NCBI GenBank assembly: GCA_963932905.1
Contig: CAWVRN010000001.1
Coordinates: 160,001 to 224,000, forward strand
Source of the DNA: an uncultured Bdellovibrio sp.
Lineage (GTDB): Bacteria > Bdellovibrionota > Bdellovibrionia > Bdellovibrionales > Bdellovibrionaceae
Length of the DNA stretch: 64,000 nucleotides
Direction: 5' to 3'
In this document: in pieces, positions 41,827 through 52,414 of the stretch
Layout: each line of letters starts with the position of its first letter
How positions within the stretch are numbered: the stretch's first letter is position 1
The notes under the pieces: generated by a model
What the model was told of the DNA's origin: nothing
Database searches by the model: none
What the model saw: the letters and a program-made list of their open reading frames with translations, nothing else
Translations under genes and position numbers: made by a program

Positions 41827-42778
41827 TTATTTTTAAATACGATTCGTCTTTTTTAGATTGAAGCCAAATTTTCAACTGACGCTTGAAATTTCTTTCAACT
41901 AACTGAGCCGTGATACCTGGTTTTTGTTTTTCAAAATTAGGATCTTTGATTGATTTCTGATCTAACAATTTAAAAATATGAAAGCCCTGTTTCGTTTGGA
42001 TAACAGATGTCACATCACCGACATCGATTTTTTTAATGGCCTCTTCGATATCTTTAGAGAATTCTCCAGAACGGAATGTTCCAAGCAATCCGCCCGCCGA
42101 AAAATCTGGATCTTCGCTGTTTTGTTCTGCTAACGTTTCAAACTTTTCACCACGCTTAAGGCGATTGTAAACTTCTTGTGCGCGAGCCATAACAGCGTCT
42201 GGGGTTGTGCCTTTTTTTATGCGAAATAAAATTTGCGCGATTTTAAATTCAGATGCGGCGCTTTTTGCGTTTGGATTTTTTCTTAGGTACTCAGAAAACG
42301 CGTCTTCTTCAGTTACGCGAATTTTTGAAATGATTTCTTGCTCTAACAGGTTTTGGCGTTCGATACGATTTTTCAAAAAGTCTTGGTATTCAGAAACACT
42401 CATACCTTGAGCTTTAACTGCCGCTAAAACTTCGTCTGCAGTGATGTTATTTCGTTTACCCATTTCTTTGATTTCCATCTGCACGCGCTCCATGGTTACA
42501 GATAGGTTTAGGCGTTTAACTTCTGAATCTAAAAGGCGCTCATTAATCAAATAGTTCAACTGGGCCGAGCGATCTTTAGCTAAAGTATCCTGATCAGTGT
42601 CGACTAACGATTCGTCTATCATGCCTGATCCATGAAGTTTGTTTTTTAAATTTTGAAAATCAGATTCTAAAATAATTTCTGAATTAACAATGGCTACGAT
42701 ACGATCGACAAGTTCAGCTTTTGCGAAAAATGCGACTGATAAAATCGCGGATAAAATTAGAAGACTAGCGTTTCTCAT
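41813..42778 (-). CDS. surA: SurA-like chaperone / parvulin PPIase
   Basis: VDRIVAIVNSEIILESD N-domain and parvulin SEDP..GGLLG; start ATG 42778. Confidence 0.9.
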   Translation of the reverse strand: MRNASLLILSAILSVAFFAKAELVDRIVAIVNSEIILESDFQNLKNKLHGSGMIDESLVDTDQDTLAKDRSAQLNYLINERLLDSEVKRLNLSVTMERVQMEIKEMGKRNNITADEVLAAVKAQGMSVSEYQDFLKNRIERQNLLEQEIISKIRVTEEDAFSEYLRKNPNAKSAASEFKIAQILFRIKKGTTPDAVMARAQEVYNRLKRGEKFETLAEQNSEDPDFSAGGLLGTFRSGEFSKDIEEAIKKIDVGDVTSVIQTKQGFHIFKLLDQKSIKDPNFEKQKPGITAQLVERNFKRQLKIWLQSKKDESYLKINETK

Positions 42779-43742
42779 TTTGACTGCCTCGTGTTTCAAT
42801 TTTTAGACTTGATATCAATTCGATATCTTTGAATACAGAGCTACTACGCAGCTCCTTGTCTATCCAAGAAACATAGGCCGATTTTTCTTTTAGTTCAACG
42901 ATTCTTCGTTTGATTTTAGGCTTTTCTTCGTCCAGCGTAGGTACGCGTTCAGGCTCTTTTTTTGTGATTTTTATGACGTGGACGCCAAACGGTGAAGTGA
43001 TAATATCGCCCACTTGATTTAGCGGCCACTTGAAAATAGGCGCAAAGAAATCTACAGTATCCTTTTCAATCCAACCCACAACGCCGCCGCTAGATGCCTC
43101 TGGCGCGATCGAATATTTTTTAGCAAGGACGTCAAAAGGCTGTTTTTTAAGTTCAGTTTTAATGTACTCGGCGCGGGCTTGATCTTTTAAAACGATTTGC
43201 TGAACGAAAACACGTTCTTTTTTTCTGAAACTTTCTTTGTTTTCGTTGTAGTAAATGCGAATTTCTTCTTCAGAAGGATTGACCACGTTTTTGTTAATTT
43301 CAGTGGATACTTTTTTCTCGAGAAGATTTAATTTCAAGTTGGCTTGCCAGTCAGCAAACGACGTACTTTCTTCCGCTAGCATACGTCGAAAAGCCAAATC
43401 ATCTGGATATGATGCCCGGATTCGATTTGTTTCGGCTTCTACTTCTGAATCGGATATCGAGATCTTGTTTTTAAGCGCCCAATCGATCATCAGACTTCGA
43501 ACGATAAATGAATTTACTATTTCATCTTTCACTCGCGAATTTACATTTGGATCTTTCGCGGCCAACGAATCCAGTTCACGCAGGCGCATGGCCAATTTGT
43601 TTGCAAACTCTTTGGCGGACATAACATTTTCGTTAACTTTTAAAACAGGTTTGTTTGAAAGGGACGGCGCTTGATTTGTACATTGTAAGGTAGCTAGGAC
43701 AATAAGCCCGACGATACAACGTACAAACACGGAATTACTCAA
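42765..43742 (-). CDS. PpiC-type peptidylprolyl isomerase, probable lipoprotein
   Basis: SurA-like N-domain, FDVLAKKYSIAPEASSGGVVG, SPFGVHVIK. Confidence 0.9.
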   Translation of the reverse strand: MSNSVFVRCIVGLIVLATLQCTNQAPSLSNKPVLKVNENVMSAKEFANKLAMRLRELDSLAAKDPNVNSRVKDEIVNSFIVRSLMIDWALKNKISISDSEVEAETNRIRASYPDDLAFRRMLAEESTSFADWQANLKLNLLEKKVSTEINKNVVNPSEEEIRIYYNENKESFRKKERVFVQQIVLKDQARAEYIKTELKKQPFDVLAKKYSIAPEASSGGVVGWIEKDTVDFFAPIFKWPLNQVGDIITSPFGVHVIKITKKEPERVPTLDEEKPKIKRRIVELKEKSAYVSWIDKELRSSSVFKDIELISSLKIETRGSQNEKR

Positions 43743-44562
43743 CTAACGCAGGATTAGATTTGATACTGTAGTTCTTTTTCAACTTTTCCATGTATTCGTC
43801 GAAAATCTTTTTACGTTTTTCTTCAAATACGGACAGGCGAACCGCACGTTTACTTGCATTTTCATACGTGCGTTTATCCGTGATTTTGATGATGTGGAAA
43901 CCAAATTGAGTTTCAATTAAACCCTTAATATCTCCGGGTTTACCCGATAGTGCCGCATCGTAAAGTTGAGGCACAATAGTTAAGCGAGATTGCCAGCCAG
44001 CGTCCCCGCCGACTTGTTTTGACAAAGGATCGTCAGAATATAATTTAACTAACTCAGGGAACGGTCGTTTTGATTTTTTAACTTCGTCGAAAACTTTATT
44101 AGCACGATCTAAAGCCTCTTGGCGCTGTTCAGGTGTTGGGTTCGGCTTTAGTTCGAATAAAATGTGGCTAAAACGAACTTCTGGATTACGTTTATAGTGT
44201 TCCACCATTTCTGCTTCGGTGATCGGCATGTTTTGAACTTTCATACCGAGTTCCTTTTCGAGAAGACCTTTGTAAAGTTCGCGTCTCATGGCATCGCGAA
44301 CGATTGGGTCGCGATCTAAGTTTCTTTTTTCAGCTTCTTGTACACCGACTTCGAAGCGAATTAGTTCTTCAAGAAATTGTTTTTTAGTAGGGAGTGGATT
44401 TACAGAGTTTTTAAAAGCTTGATTGAATTTATCGTTGAAGTCTTTAACAGTTATCTTTGTATTTCCAATGGTTGCTACTACTTCATCTGCTTTTTTCTGT
44501 CCGTAAGAAAATACGGAACACATAATGGCTCCAGATAAAATAACCCATGCGAACTTAGGCAT
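43735..44562 (-). CDS. PpiC-type peptidylprolyl isomerase
   Basis: SHIL, YSDDP..GGDAGW, ETQFGFHIIK. Confidence 0.92.
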   Translation of the reverse strand: MPKFAWVILSGAIMCSVFSYGQKKADEVVATIGNTKITVKDFNDKFNQAFKNSVNPLPTKKQFLEELIRFEVGVQEAEKRNLDRDPIVRDAMRRELYKGLLEKELGMKVQNMPITEAEMVEHYKRNPEVRFSHILFELKPNPTPEQRQEALDRANKVFDEVKKSKRPFPELVKLYSDDPLSKQVGGDAGWQSRLTIVPQLYDAALSGKPGDIKGLIETQFGFHIIKITDKRTYENASKRAVRLSVFEEKRKKIFDEYMEKLKKNYSIKSNPALVE

Positions 44563-44627
44563 TTAAAAATCCTTTTTTAAAATTTTATATCGCGTACTTA
44601 AAATGGTTCTCTTAAAATCTAACACCG

Positions 44628-45287
44628 TTATTTAGAGTGATCAAACAGTTCCTTGGCCTTTGATCTAGCTGAAATCAGAAGTGATTCGGCCTCTTCTAAT
44701 AATTTTGGATCTCGAGGGTCTTGATCTTTACCGTAAGGGCCGAAAGGTCCTAGCCAAAGGATATCGATTTTTGCAAAAGGCTTTGGCAAAAATGTTTTGT
44801 TCCATGATTTTGGAAAATGAATCGCGCGGTCACAGTGAACGCCGCCATAATAAATATATCCATCGACTAATCGTGAAACTTCAAACACGCCCGGTTTAAC
44901 TTTGAAAATAGGTCCACGCGGTCCATCAACCGCCATGCTGGCGTTGTAGTGATCTTTTTTCATCAATTTAACTAGACCTTTAAGAGCTTCGACAGCACCT
45001 CGGGACGAAGAACCTCGCGATGTGGCCCCGCCCAATAGGCGAATGATCATACTCATCATCTCGCCGTCTTTGCTTTTAGATGACATGGTCGAAATACGAT
45101 AACGACCTACCAATTGTAACAAAGAAATTTCATCGCCATGAAAATGTGCGAAAATAATGGGCTTACTTTTATCGACTAATGTTTTTTTAAGCTCCGGCGG
45201 TTCGTGTAAACGCAACCGCCAGGTAAATGACAAAGATTTATAGATAATCCAGACAAGTGTAGAGAGAAAATACTTTCTAAATATCAA
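44628..45287 (-). CDS. DUF374 / lysophospholipid acyltransferase family protein
   Basis: FHG, SKSKDGE, RGSSSRGA, VDGPRGP, SWNK..LPKPF motifs. Confidence 0.88.
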   Translation of the reverse strand: MIFRKYFLSTLVWIIYKSLSFTWRLRLHEPPELKKTLVDKSKPIIFAHFHGDEISLLQLVGRYRISTMSSKSKDGEMMSMIIRLLGGATSRGSSSRGAVEALKGLVKLMKKDHYNASMAVDGPRGPIFKVKPGVFEVSRLVDGYIYYGGVHCDRAIHFPKSWNKTFLPKPFAKIDILWLGPFGPYGKDQDPRDPKLLEEAESLLISARSKAKELFDHSK

Positions 45288-45303
45288 TTCAGAGTTCCCG
45301 CAA

Positions 45304-46272
45304 TTACTTATGAAGTAATTTTTTAAATTCTTCAGTTAATTTAGGCACCACTTCAAACAAGTCACCTACGATACCATAAGTGGCTTTTTGAAAGATCGGC
45401 GCATTTGGATCATTGTTGATTGCAACAATAACTTTACTGCCCGTCATACCTGCCAAATGCTGAATCGCTCCTGAGATACCGACAGCGATATACAAGGTTG
45501 GAGCTACCGTTTTACCGGTTTGACCTACTTGCATGGAATGGCTAACCCAACCGGAGTCCACAACAGCACGTGATGCACCAACAGTAGCGCCAAGCACGTT
45601 CGCCATGTCTTCCAGCATTTTGAAATTTCCAGCTTCTTTTAAACCGCGGCCACCTGAAACAATAATGTTTGCTTCCGTTAAATCTAGTTTTTCAGACGCA
45701 CCCTTAACGACCTCTTTCAAAATCGTTTTCAAATCTACTGCGGGTAAAGCTAGCGTTTTCACGGCGCTTGCATTGGAAGAACCAGCTGCCGCAACTGGAA
45801 GTTGATTGGCGCGCATTAACACGATTTGAACTGGCGAATCTTTTAAGGTTACTTGTGCAAATGCTTTTCCTGCGTACAAAGGTTTTTTAGCTACAAAAGC
45901 ATCGCCGTCTACACTTAAAGCAACACAATCACTGGCTAGAGATGAATCAAGTCGTGCCGCTAAACGTGGGAACACGTCTTTGCCTGCCGATGACGCTGGA
46001 GCCAGAACATGTTTAGCTCCCGATTGTTTAATAGCAGCCTCTAAAGCCGCTAAATATAACTCTGGGTTATAGCCGTTAAGCTTAACATCGTTGAAAAGCA
46101 ACACTTCAGAAGCGCCATTGGCCGTTGCTTGTTCTGCGGCTTTTTGACCGTCAGCACCCAATACGACGCCGACAACGTCAAAGTTTTTAGACTTTCCGAA
46201 TTGAAGAAGTTCAATGGAGCTTCTTTTTAAGTTTTGATTTTGGTGTTCGCAAAAAACGATTAATTTACTCAT
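45304..46272 (-). CDS. etfA: Electron transfer flavoprotein alpha subunit
   Basis: SGGRG, ASRAVVD, QVGQTGK, GISGAIQHLAGM. Confidence 0.97.
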   Translation of the reverse strand: MSKLIVFCEHQNQNLKRSSIELLQFGKSKNFDVVGVVLGADGQKAAEQATANGASEVLLFNDVKLNGYNPELYLAALEAAIKQSGAKHVLAPASSAGKDVFPRLAARLDSSLASDCVALSVDGDAFVAKKPLYAGKAFAQVTLKDSPVQIVLMRANQLPVAAAGSSNASAVKTLALPAVDLKTILKEVVKGASEKLDLTEANIIVSGGRGLKEAGNFKMLEDMANVLGATVGASRAVVDSGWVSHSMQVGQTGKTVAPTLYIAVGISGAIQHLAGMTGSKVIVAINNDPNAPIFQKATYGIVGDLFEVVPKLTEEFKKLLHK

Positions 46273-46283
46273 AATAATTTCCT

Positions 46284-47054
46284 TTATAGAACTTTAGCTT
46301 CGTCGCGAAGCAAGCGAGCTAATTCTTGAGCCTGAGCCGAAGCATCGCCAGTGATCATTTTTACAGCAGTTTTGTCATCTGGCATGGTGAAGTTAGAGGC
46401 TTTCGATCTGCTAGCCCCTGCCGCCAATGTTTCTGCTTCGTATTCTTTTAAAACTTTTTTCTTAGCTTTCATGATGCCCGGAAGACTAGCATAGCGAGGC
46501 ATGTTTAAACCCTTGTTCGCTGTCAGTACGCAGGGAAGGGGGACTTCGAAAACTTCCTTAGCCCCGCCTTCTATATCGCGCTCAACTTTAGCGGTTGTGC
46601 CCGAAAGTTCTAATTTGCTGACGACACTCACGTGAGGAAGACCAAGTAACTCAGCGACCATGGGGCCAACCGAACTGCCGTTGTCATCAATTGCTAGTTT
46701 ACCTAGCAAAAGAAGGTCGCAACCACCCTCAGTTTTGATAGCTGCGGCTAGCGCCTTGGCAACGCCCAAGTTATCTAGCTCGGTGTTTGAGTTAACTACT
46801 ACGCCTTCGTCGCAACCCATAGCCAGCGCGGTTCTTAGGACCTCAGAGGCTCTTTGTTTCGGACCCAATGTGATCGCAAAAACGGTAGTTCCCGGGTTTT
46901 TTTCCTTAATTTTCACGGCTTCTTCGATAGCGAATTCATCGTATGGGTTTACGATCCATTTAACTCCGGTCAAATCAACACCGGCGGCATTAGGAAGAAG
47001 TTTGATTTTAGTTTCCGTATCAGGAACCTGCTTGATTCCGACAAAAATTTTCAT
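46284..47054 (-). CDS. etfB: Electron transfer flavoprotein beta subunit
   Basis: KQVPD, NPYDEFAIEEA, RTALAMG, PRYASLPGIMKAKKK. Confidence 0.97.
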   Translation of the reverse strand: MKIFVGIKQVPDTETKIKLLPNAAGVDLTGVKWIVNPYDEFAIEEAVKIKEKNPGTTVFAITLGPKQRASEVLRTALAMGCDEGVVVNSNTELDNLGVAKALAAAIKTEGGCDLLLLGKLAIDDNGSSVGPMVAELLGLPHVSVVSKLELSGTTAKVERDIEGGAKEVFEVPLPCVLTANKGLNMPRYASLPGIMKAKKKVLKEYEAETLAAGASRSKASNFTMPDDKTAVKMITGDASAQAQELARLLRDEAKVL

Positions 47055-47264
47055 AAAGTTCCTTTCAGAAAAGGGATCATGTTAAACGCTAGACTTATTA
47101 CTTAAAACTCATCAGGGAAATAGGCAATGTTTGAATGTCTATTCTTCATTTTTTTCTTTGCTTGTTGGTGCGAAGCGTGGTGCTTGTCCGTTATAGAGAA
47201 AATTTTAGACAAATTTTGATCTAAGCTGTACTTTAAATGAAAACTAAAAGACAAGAGGAAAACA

Positions 47265-47936
47265 ATGGTTTCTTTCATTCAATCGACCGTGGGAAAAAAG
47301 TATCTCATGGGACTTAGCGGCCTGGTTTGGGCCGGATTTATTTTTGGGCACATGGCCGGCAACATGACTATTTTAGTCAGTCCTGATCTGTACAATGCCT
47401 ATGGACACTCAATCGTAAGCAATAAAATTTTGCTTTATGGAACAGAGATCGCTCTGGTTTCAGCGCTTTTGGTGCACGTAATTTTAGCTGTTTTGCTGAC
47501 CAAGCAAAATCGCCAATCGCGTGGAACTCGTTATGCGTCTAAACCAAATGGCGAAAAGGGGGCTTCGTTTGCGTCTGAATGGATGGCGGTTCATGGCTCG
47601 ATCATTTTGGTTTTTATTATTTCACACTTGGTGACGTTTAAATACGGTCCTTATTATGAAACAACAGTAAATGGCGTTGTGATGCGCGATCTGGCGCGAT
47701 TGATTTACGAAGTTTTCTCTAATCCAGGTGCTGTGGGTTGGTACTTAATATCGCTGGTGTTACTAGGTTTCCATTTAACTCACGGTGTGCGCTCGATTTT
47801 CCAATCGTTTGGACTTTTGCATCCGGCGTATCAGCCAGTGATCAGAAAAGCGGGAGTCATTTATTCAATTGTGGTTGCGGGTGGATTTATTTCTCAACCG
47901 CTTTTTGTATTCTTAACCCGCGCAGTGGCCGCATAA
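47265..47936 (+). CDS. sdhC: Succinate dehydrogenase/fumarate reductase cytochrome b subunit (single anchor)
   Basis: STVGKK..MG, hydrophobic helices with heme His residues (GHMAGN, LVHV, SHL, FHLTHG). Confidence 0.92.
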   Translation: MVSFIQSTVGKKYLMGLSGLVWAGFIFGHMAGNMTILVSPDLYNAYGHSIVSNKILLYGTEIALVSALLVHVILAVLLTKQNRQSRGTRYASKPNGEKGASFASEWMAVHGSIILVFIISHLVTFKYGPYYETTVNGVVMRDLARLIYEVFSNPGAVGWYLISLVLLGFHLTHGVRSIFQSFGLLHPAYQPVIRKAGVIYSIVVAGGFISQPLFVFLTRAVAA

Positions 47937-47949
47937 TCGGGAGAAAAAA

Positions 47950-49869
47950 ATGGCAACAAATAGTAAATTAGATAGTAAAATTCCGGGTGGTCCAGTTGAA
48001 ACTATGTGGGAAGACTACAAGTTTAAAATGAAACTTGTGAACCCCGCCAACAAGAAAAAACATTCCGTGATCGTTGTAGGCACAGGCCTGGCTGGCGCAT
48101 CGGCCGCAGCTTCTCTGGGCGAGATGGGTTACAAAGTTAAAGCGTTCTGCGTTCATGAATCTCCGCGCCGAGCCCATTCAGTGGCCGCCCAAGGCGGTAT
48201 TAATGCTGCTAAAAATTATCAAAATGATGGTGATTCTGTTCATCGTTTATTTTATGACACAATAAAAGGCGGTGACTTCCGAGCGCGTGAGGCCAACGTT
48301 CATCGTTTAGCTGAAGTTTCTACTTCGATCATCGACACGTGCGTAGCTCAAGGTGTTCCTTTTGCTCGTGAGTACGGCGGAACATTATCAAATCGTTCAT
48401 TCGGCGGCGCTCAAGTTTCTAGAACATTCTATGCTCGCGGACAAACAGGTCAGCAGTTGTTGATTGGTGCCTATTCAGCGATGATGAGACAGGTTGATGT
48501 TGGACAAGTGGATTTATACACTCGTCGTGAAATGCTAGATGTCGTTGTCGTTGATGGCAAAGCTCGCGGTATCACGGTTAGAAATTTACTGACGGGTGAG
48601 ATTGAATCTCACGAAGCAGATGTTGTTGTTCTGGCGACAGGTGGATACTCAAATGTATTCTACCTTTCTACAAACGCAATGGCGTGTGCGGTAACTGCGG
48701 CTTGGAAGGCGCACAAAAAAGGCTCTTTCTTTGCGAATCCTTGTTACACTCAAATCCATCCGACTTGTATTCCCGTTCATGGGGAGAACCAATCTAAGTT
48801 AACGTTGATGTCTGAATCATTACGTAATGACGGACGCGTTTGGGTTCCAAAAAATAAAAATGAAACTCGCGCAGCGAAAGATATTCCTGAAAGCGAAAGA
48901 GATTACTACCTAGAGCGCATCTACCCTAGTTTCGGGAACTTGGCTCCTCGTGACGTGGCGTCTCGTCAGGCTAAGTTTCGCTGTGATGAGGGATTTGGTG
49001 TTCAGGGACAAAATGCAGTTTACCTAGATTTCGGTGATGCAATTAAACGTTACGGCGAAGATAAAATCGCGGAACGTTATGGTAACTTGTTTCAAATGTA
49101 CGATAAAATCACGGGCGAAAACCCATATAAAATGCCGATGAAAATTTATCCAGCACCTCACTACACAATGGGTGGTTTGTGGGTAGATTACAATTTGATG
49201 AGTACAATTCCAGGGCTATTCGTTGCAGGTGAAGCGAACTTCTCGGATCATGGCGCGAATCGTTTGGGTGCTTCGGCGTTGATGCAAGGCTTGGCGGATG
49301 GATATTTTGTTCTGCCGTACACGATCGGTGATTATATCGCCAACACGAAATTAGATAAAGTTTCGACGGATAAATCTGAATTTAAAGATTCTAAAAATGC
49401 AGTGGAAACAGAAATCAGCAAGCTAATGAATATCAAAGGGGCCCGCACTGTGGAAAGCTTCCACAAAGAACTTGGCCGCGTAATGTGGGACAAGTGCGGA
49501 ATGTCTAGAACTGCAGGTGGTTTAACAGAAGCGATTAAACAAATCGGAAAAATCAAAGAAGAGTTCTGGCAAAACCTTAGAATTCCAGGTGCCGCTGCTG
49601 AGTTAAATAACGAACTCGAAAAGGCCGGGCGCGTAGCCGATTACATCGAGCTGGGTGAACTAATGTGCCGTGACGCTCTAGAAAGACAAGAGTCTTGCGG
49701 CGGTCACTTCCGTGAAGAATATCAAGAAAATGGTGAGGCGAAGCGTGATGACGAAAAATTCTGTCACGTGGCTGCTTGGGAATGGAATGGGGCTAACAAA
49801 CCACAAACTCGCAATACAGAAGAGTTAAAGTTTGAAAACGTTAAACTCGCTACAAGAAGTTACAAATAG
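47950..49869 (+). CDS. sdhA: Succinate dehydrogenase/fumarate reductase flavoprotein
   Basis: [37 protein letters not shown]. Confidence 0.98.
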   Translation: MATNSKLDSKIPGGPVETMWEDYKFKMKLVNPANKKKHSVIVVGTGLAGASAAASLGEMGYKVKAFCVHESPRRAHSVAAQGGINAAKNYQNDGDSVHRLFYDTIKGGDFRAREANVHRLAEVSTSIIDTCVAQGVPFAREYGGTLSNRSFGGAQVSRTFYARGQTGQQLLIGAYSAMMRQVDVGQVDLYTRREMLDVVVVDGKARGITVRNLLTGEIESHEADVVVLATGGYSNVFYLSTNAMACAVTAAWKAHKKGSFFANPCYTQIHPTCIPVHGENQSKLTLMSESLRNDGRVWVPKNKNETRAAKDIPESERDYYLERIYPSFGNLAPRDVASRQAKFRCDEGFGVQGQNAVYLDFGDAIKRYGEDKIAERYGNLFQMYDKITGENPYKMPMKIYPAPHYTMGGLWVDYNLMSTIPGLFVAGEANFSDHGANRLGASALMQGLADGYFVLPYTIGDYIANTKLDKVSTDKSEFKDSKNAVETEISKLMNIKGARTVESFHKELGRVMWDKCGMSRTAGGLTEAIKQIGKIKEEFWQNLRIPGAAAELNNELEKAGRVADYIELGELMCRDALERQESCGGHFREEYQENGEAKRDDEKFCHVAAWEWNGANKPQTRNTEELKFENVKLATRSYK

Positions 49870-49877
49870 AGGGAATT

Positions 49878-50666
49878 ATGGCTGAAAAAAATATTACGAT
49901 TACACTTAAAGTTTGGCGCCAAAAAAACCAACGAGAAGCCGGAGCATTTAAAGAATACGTTGCTAAAAACGTTTCAACAGATGCGTCTTTCCTTGAGATG
50001 CTGGATGCGGTTAACGAAGAGTTAATTTCTAAAGGCGACGATCCGATCGCGTTTGACCACGACTGCCGTGAAGGTATTTGTGGAAGTTGTGGTTTCATGA
50101 TCAACGGTAATGCCCACGGTCCTTTGAAATCAACAACAGTATGTCAACTTCACATGAGAAATTTTAACGACGGTGATTTTTTAACTCTTGAACCTTGGCG
50201 TGCCCAAGCGTTTCCATTGATCAAAGATTTAACGGTAGACCGGTCAGCGCTTGATCGCATCATTCGTTCTGGCGGCTATATTTCTGTAAATACAGGAAAT
50301 GCTCCAGATGGTAATGCAATCATGATCCCGAAAACCGCTGCTGACGAGGCATTTAATGCTGCCACATGTATCGGGTGTGGTGCTTGCGTAGCTTCTTGCA
50401 AAAATGCATCAGCTGCACTTTTTACTTCTGCGAAGATTTCTCATTTAGGCTTACTACCTCAGGGTGCGGTTGAGGGTGAAAAACGGGCGCTAAAGATGGT
50501 TGGGCAAATGGACAAAGAAGGCTTTGGAGCTTGCACTAGTACTGGGTCTTGTTCAGCGTCTTGCCCTAAGGATATTAGCCTAACGAACATTGCTCGTATG
50601 AACAGAGACTATATGAAAGCCTCGTTTTCTAAGAAACCAGAGACTCATGCGGGAGACGGCGTATAG
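49878..50666 (+). CDS. sdhB: Succinate dehydrogenase/fumarate reductase iron-sulfur subunit
   Basis: [32 protein letters not shown]. Confidence 0.98.
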   Translation: MAEKNITITLKVWRQKNQREAGAFKEYVAKNVSTDASFLEMLDAVNEELISKGDDPIAFDHDCREGICGSCGFMINGNAHGPLKSTTVCQLHMRNFNDGDFLTLEPWRAQAFPLIKDLTVDRSALDRIIRSGGYISVNTGNAPDGNAIMIPKTAADEAFNAATCIGCGACVASCKNASAALFTSAKISHLGLLPQGAVEGEKRALKMVGQMDKEGFGACTSTGSCSASCPKDISLTNIARMNRDYMKASFSKKPETHAGDGV

Positions 50667-50766
50667 TCGAACGTCTAAATAACGTCGATGTTGTAGAAAA
50701 CTGACATGTCAATGGTCCCCGAACCTTCTATCTTTTATATATAGAGATAGTTTTGGGGGACCAACC

Positions 50767-52401
50767 ATGCGTATTTTTTTCTTTCTTCTGTTGTCTATTG
50801 CAGCCACTGCTAACGAGACAAAACCAACTTCAGTTCCAGGCGAATATGTTGTTAAGTTTAAAACTAGCAACAAAAGTTCGCTTTCTTTGATGGCCAATCA
50901 AATGAAAGAGCAGACGGGATTGGAAGTAAAAGCTTTGATTCCCTCAATGAACGTTTCTGTTTTTAAAGGAAATGGCGAAAAACTAAACCTCAAATACTTC
51001 AAACGAGCGAATCCAAACATAGAAATTATTGAACCCAACTTTATCTATTCCATAAATCAAGTACAGGGGACGAAACCAAACGATCCAAACTTGTCGAAAC
51101 TTTGGGGTATGTTGAATATCGGACAACCCGATTCAACTGGTCAAGTCGGCATTCCTGGGGTGGATATTAATGCTACTAAAGCATGGTCAGTTCAAACGGG
51201 ATCATCGGATGTGATCGTTGCTGTAATCGATACGGGCGTTAATTATAAAAGCAAAGATTTAGCTGATAATATGTGGATTAACCTAGCCGAGAAAAACGGG
51301 AAGAAGGGTGTTGATGACGATAACAACGGATACGTTGACGATATTTACGGTTGGAACTTTGTTCCAGGCGCAAAGAATCCATCGGACCCATTAGATGACC
51401 AAGGTCATGGATCGCACTGCTCCGGAACTATTGGTGCTACCGGAAATGATAAATACGGCATTGTGGGCGTAGCTTGGAAAACGAAAATCATGGCGCTTAA
51501 GTTTTTAGGAGCCGACGGATCAGGCTCGCTAGATGGGGCTTTGCAGGCGATTGATTACGCAACTAAAAACGGCGCAAAAGTCCTTAGCAATTCATGGAGC
51601 GGTGGTGAATATTCTGAAATTCTAAAAGAGGCGATTGAGCGAACAAACAAAGCGGGAGCGATTTTCGTGGCGGCGGCTGGAAATAACTCGTCTAACAACG
51701 ACAAAGAAGAAAGGTACCCAGCCAACTATGATGTTCCTAATGTTCTCTCTGTTGCCGCAATTGATAACAGAGGTCAGCTAGCGAATTTCTCTAATTATGG
51801 TAAAACTAAAGTTCACATTGGTGCTCCGGGTGTAAATATTTATTCTACAATTCTTAAAGGCTATGATTCTTGGTCGGGAACTTCAATGGCGACTCCGCAT
51901 GTTTCAGGGGCGGCGGTTCTAGTAGCGTCTCAATACCCGACAATGACCGGTGTTCAAATAAAAGAAACGATTTTAAATGCAGCGAAACCAAACAAAGCAC
52001 TTAGAAATAAAGTTTCTACCGCAGGAAATTTAGATACATATGCGGCGCTCATTCAAACAAAAGTAGAACCTGATCCAGAAGATCCCTACAACTGGGCCAG
52101 TAAAATGGAATATCAATTATCGTCGGAACATCCATATAAACCAGAGCAAAAAAACACTTGGGAAATCAATGTTCCAAGCGCAAACAAGATAGCACTTTAT
52201 TTTGAAAAAACAGATATTGAGTTTAAATACGACACTATTAAACTCTATGATTCGACGGGAAAATTAGTTCAAATTATTACAGGCGACGCCAGTGATTCAT
52301 ATTCAGAGCCCATCACCGGCAACTATGTAAAAGTAGTCTTTGAAACGGACACATCAGTTGAAAAATATGGTTTTGATATCACTAAAATTAACTACAAATA
52401 G
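50767..52401 (+). CDS. Secreted S8 subtilisin-like serine protease with propeptide and C-terminal CUB-like domain
   Basis: Signal peptide; catalytic VIDTG, HGSHCSG, GTSMATPH; C-terminal SEHPY..YD..F.TD.SV..YGF. Confidence 0.95.
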   Translation: MRIFFFLLLSIAATANETKPTSVPGEYVVKFKTSNKSSLSLMANQMKEQTGLEVKALIPSMNVSVFKGNGEKLNLKYFKRANPNIEIIEPNFIYSINQVQGTKPNDPNLSKLWGMLNIGQPDSTGQVGIPGVDINATKAWSVQTGSSDVIVAVIDTGVNYKSKDLADNMWINLAEKNGKKGVDDDNNGYVDDIYGWNFVPGAKNPSDPLDDQGHGSHCSGTIGATGNDKYGIVGVAWKTKIMALKFLGADGSGSLDGALQAIDYATKNGAKVLSNSWSGGEYSEILKEAIERTNKAGAIFVAAAGNNSSNNDKEERYPANYDVPNVLSVAAIDNRGQLANFSNYGKTKVHIGAPGVNIYSTILKGYDSWSGTSMATPHVSGAAVLVASQYPTMTGVQIKETILNAAKPNKALRNKVSTAGNLDTYAALIQTKVEPDPEDPYNWASKMEYQLSSEHPYKPEQKNTWEINVPSANKIALYFEKTDIEFKYDTIKLYDSTGKLVQIITGDASDSYSEPITGNYVKVVFETDTSVEKYGFDITKINYK

Positions 52402-52414
52402 TTAACCGTCTCTA

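Noticed and set aside
46533..46540. GGGAAGGG KOPS-like octamer in etfB
   Set aside because: A single occurrence is uninformative, and the KOPS motif of this lineage is unknown to me.
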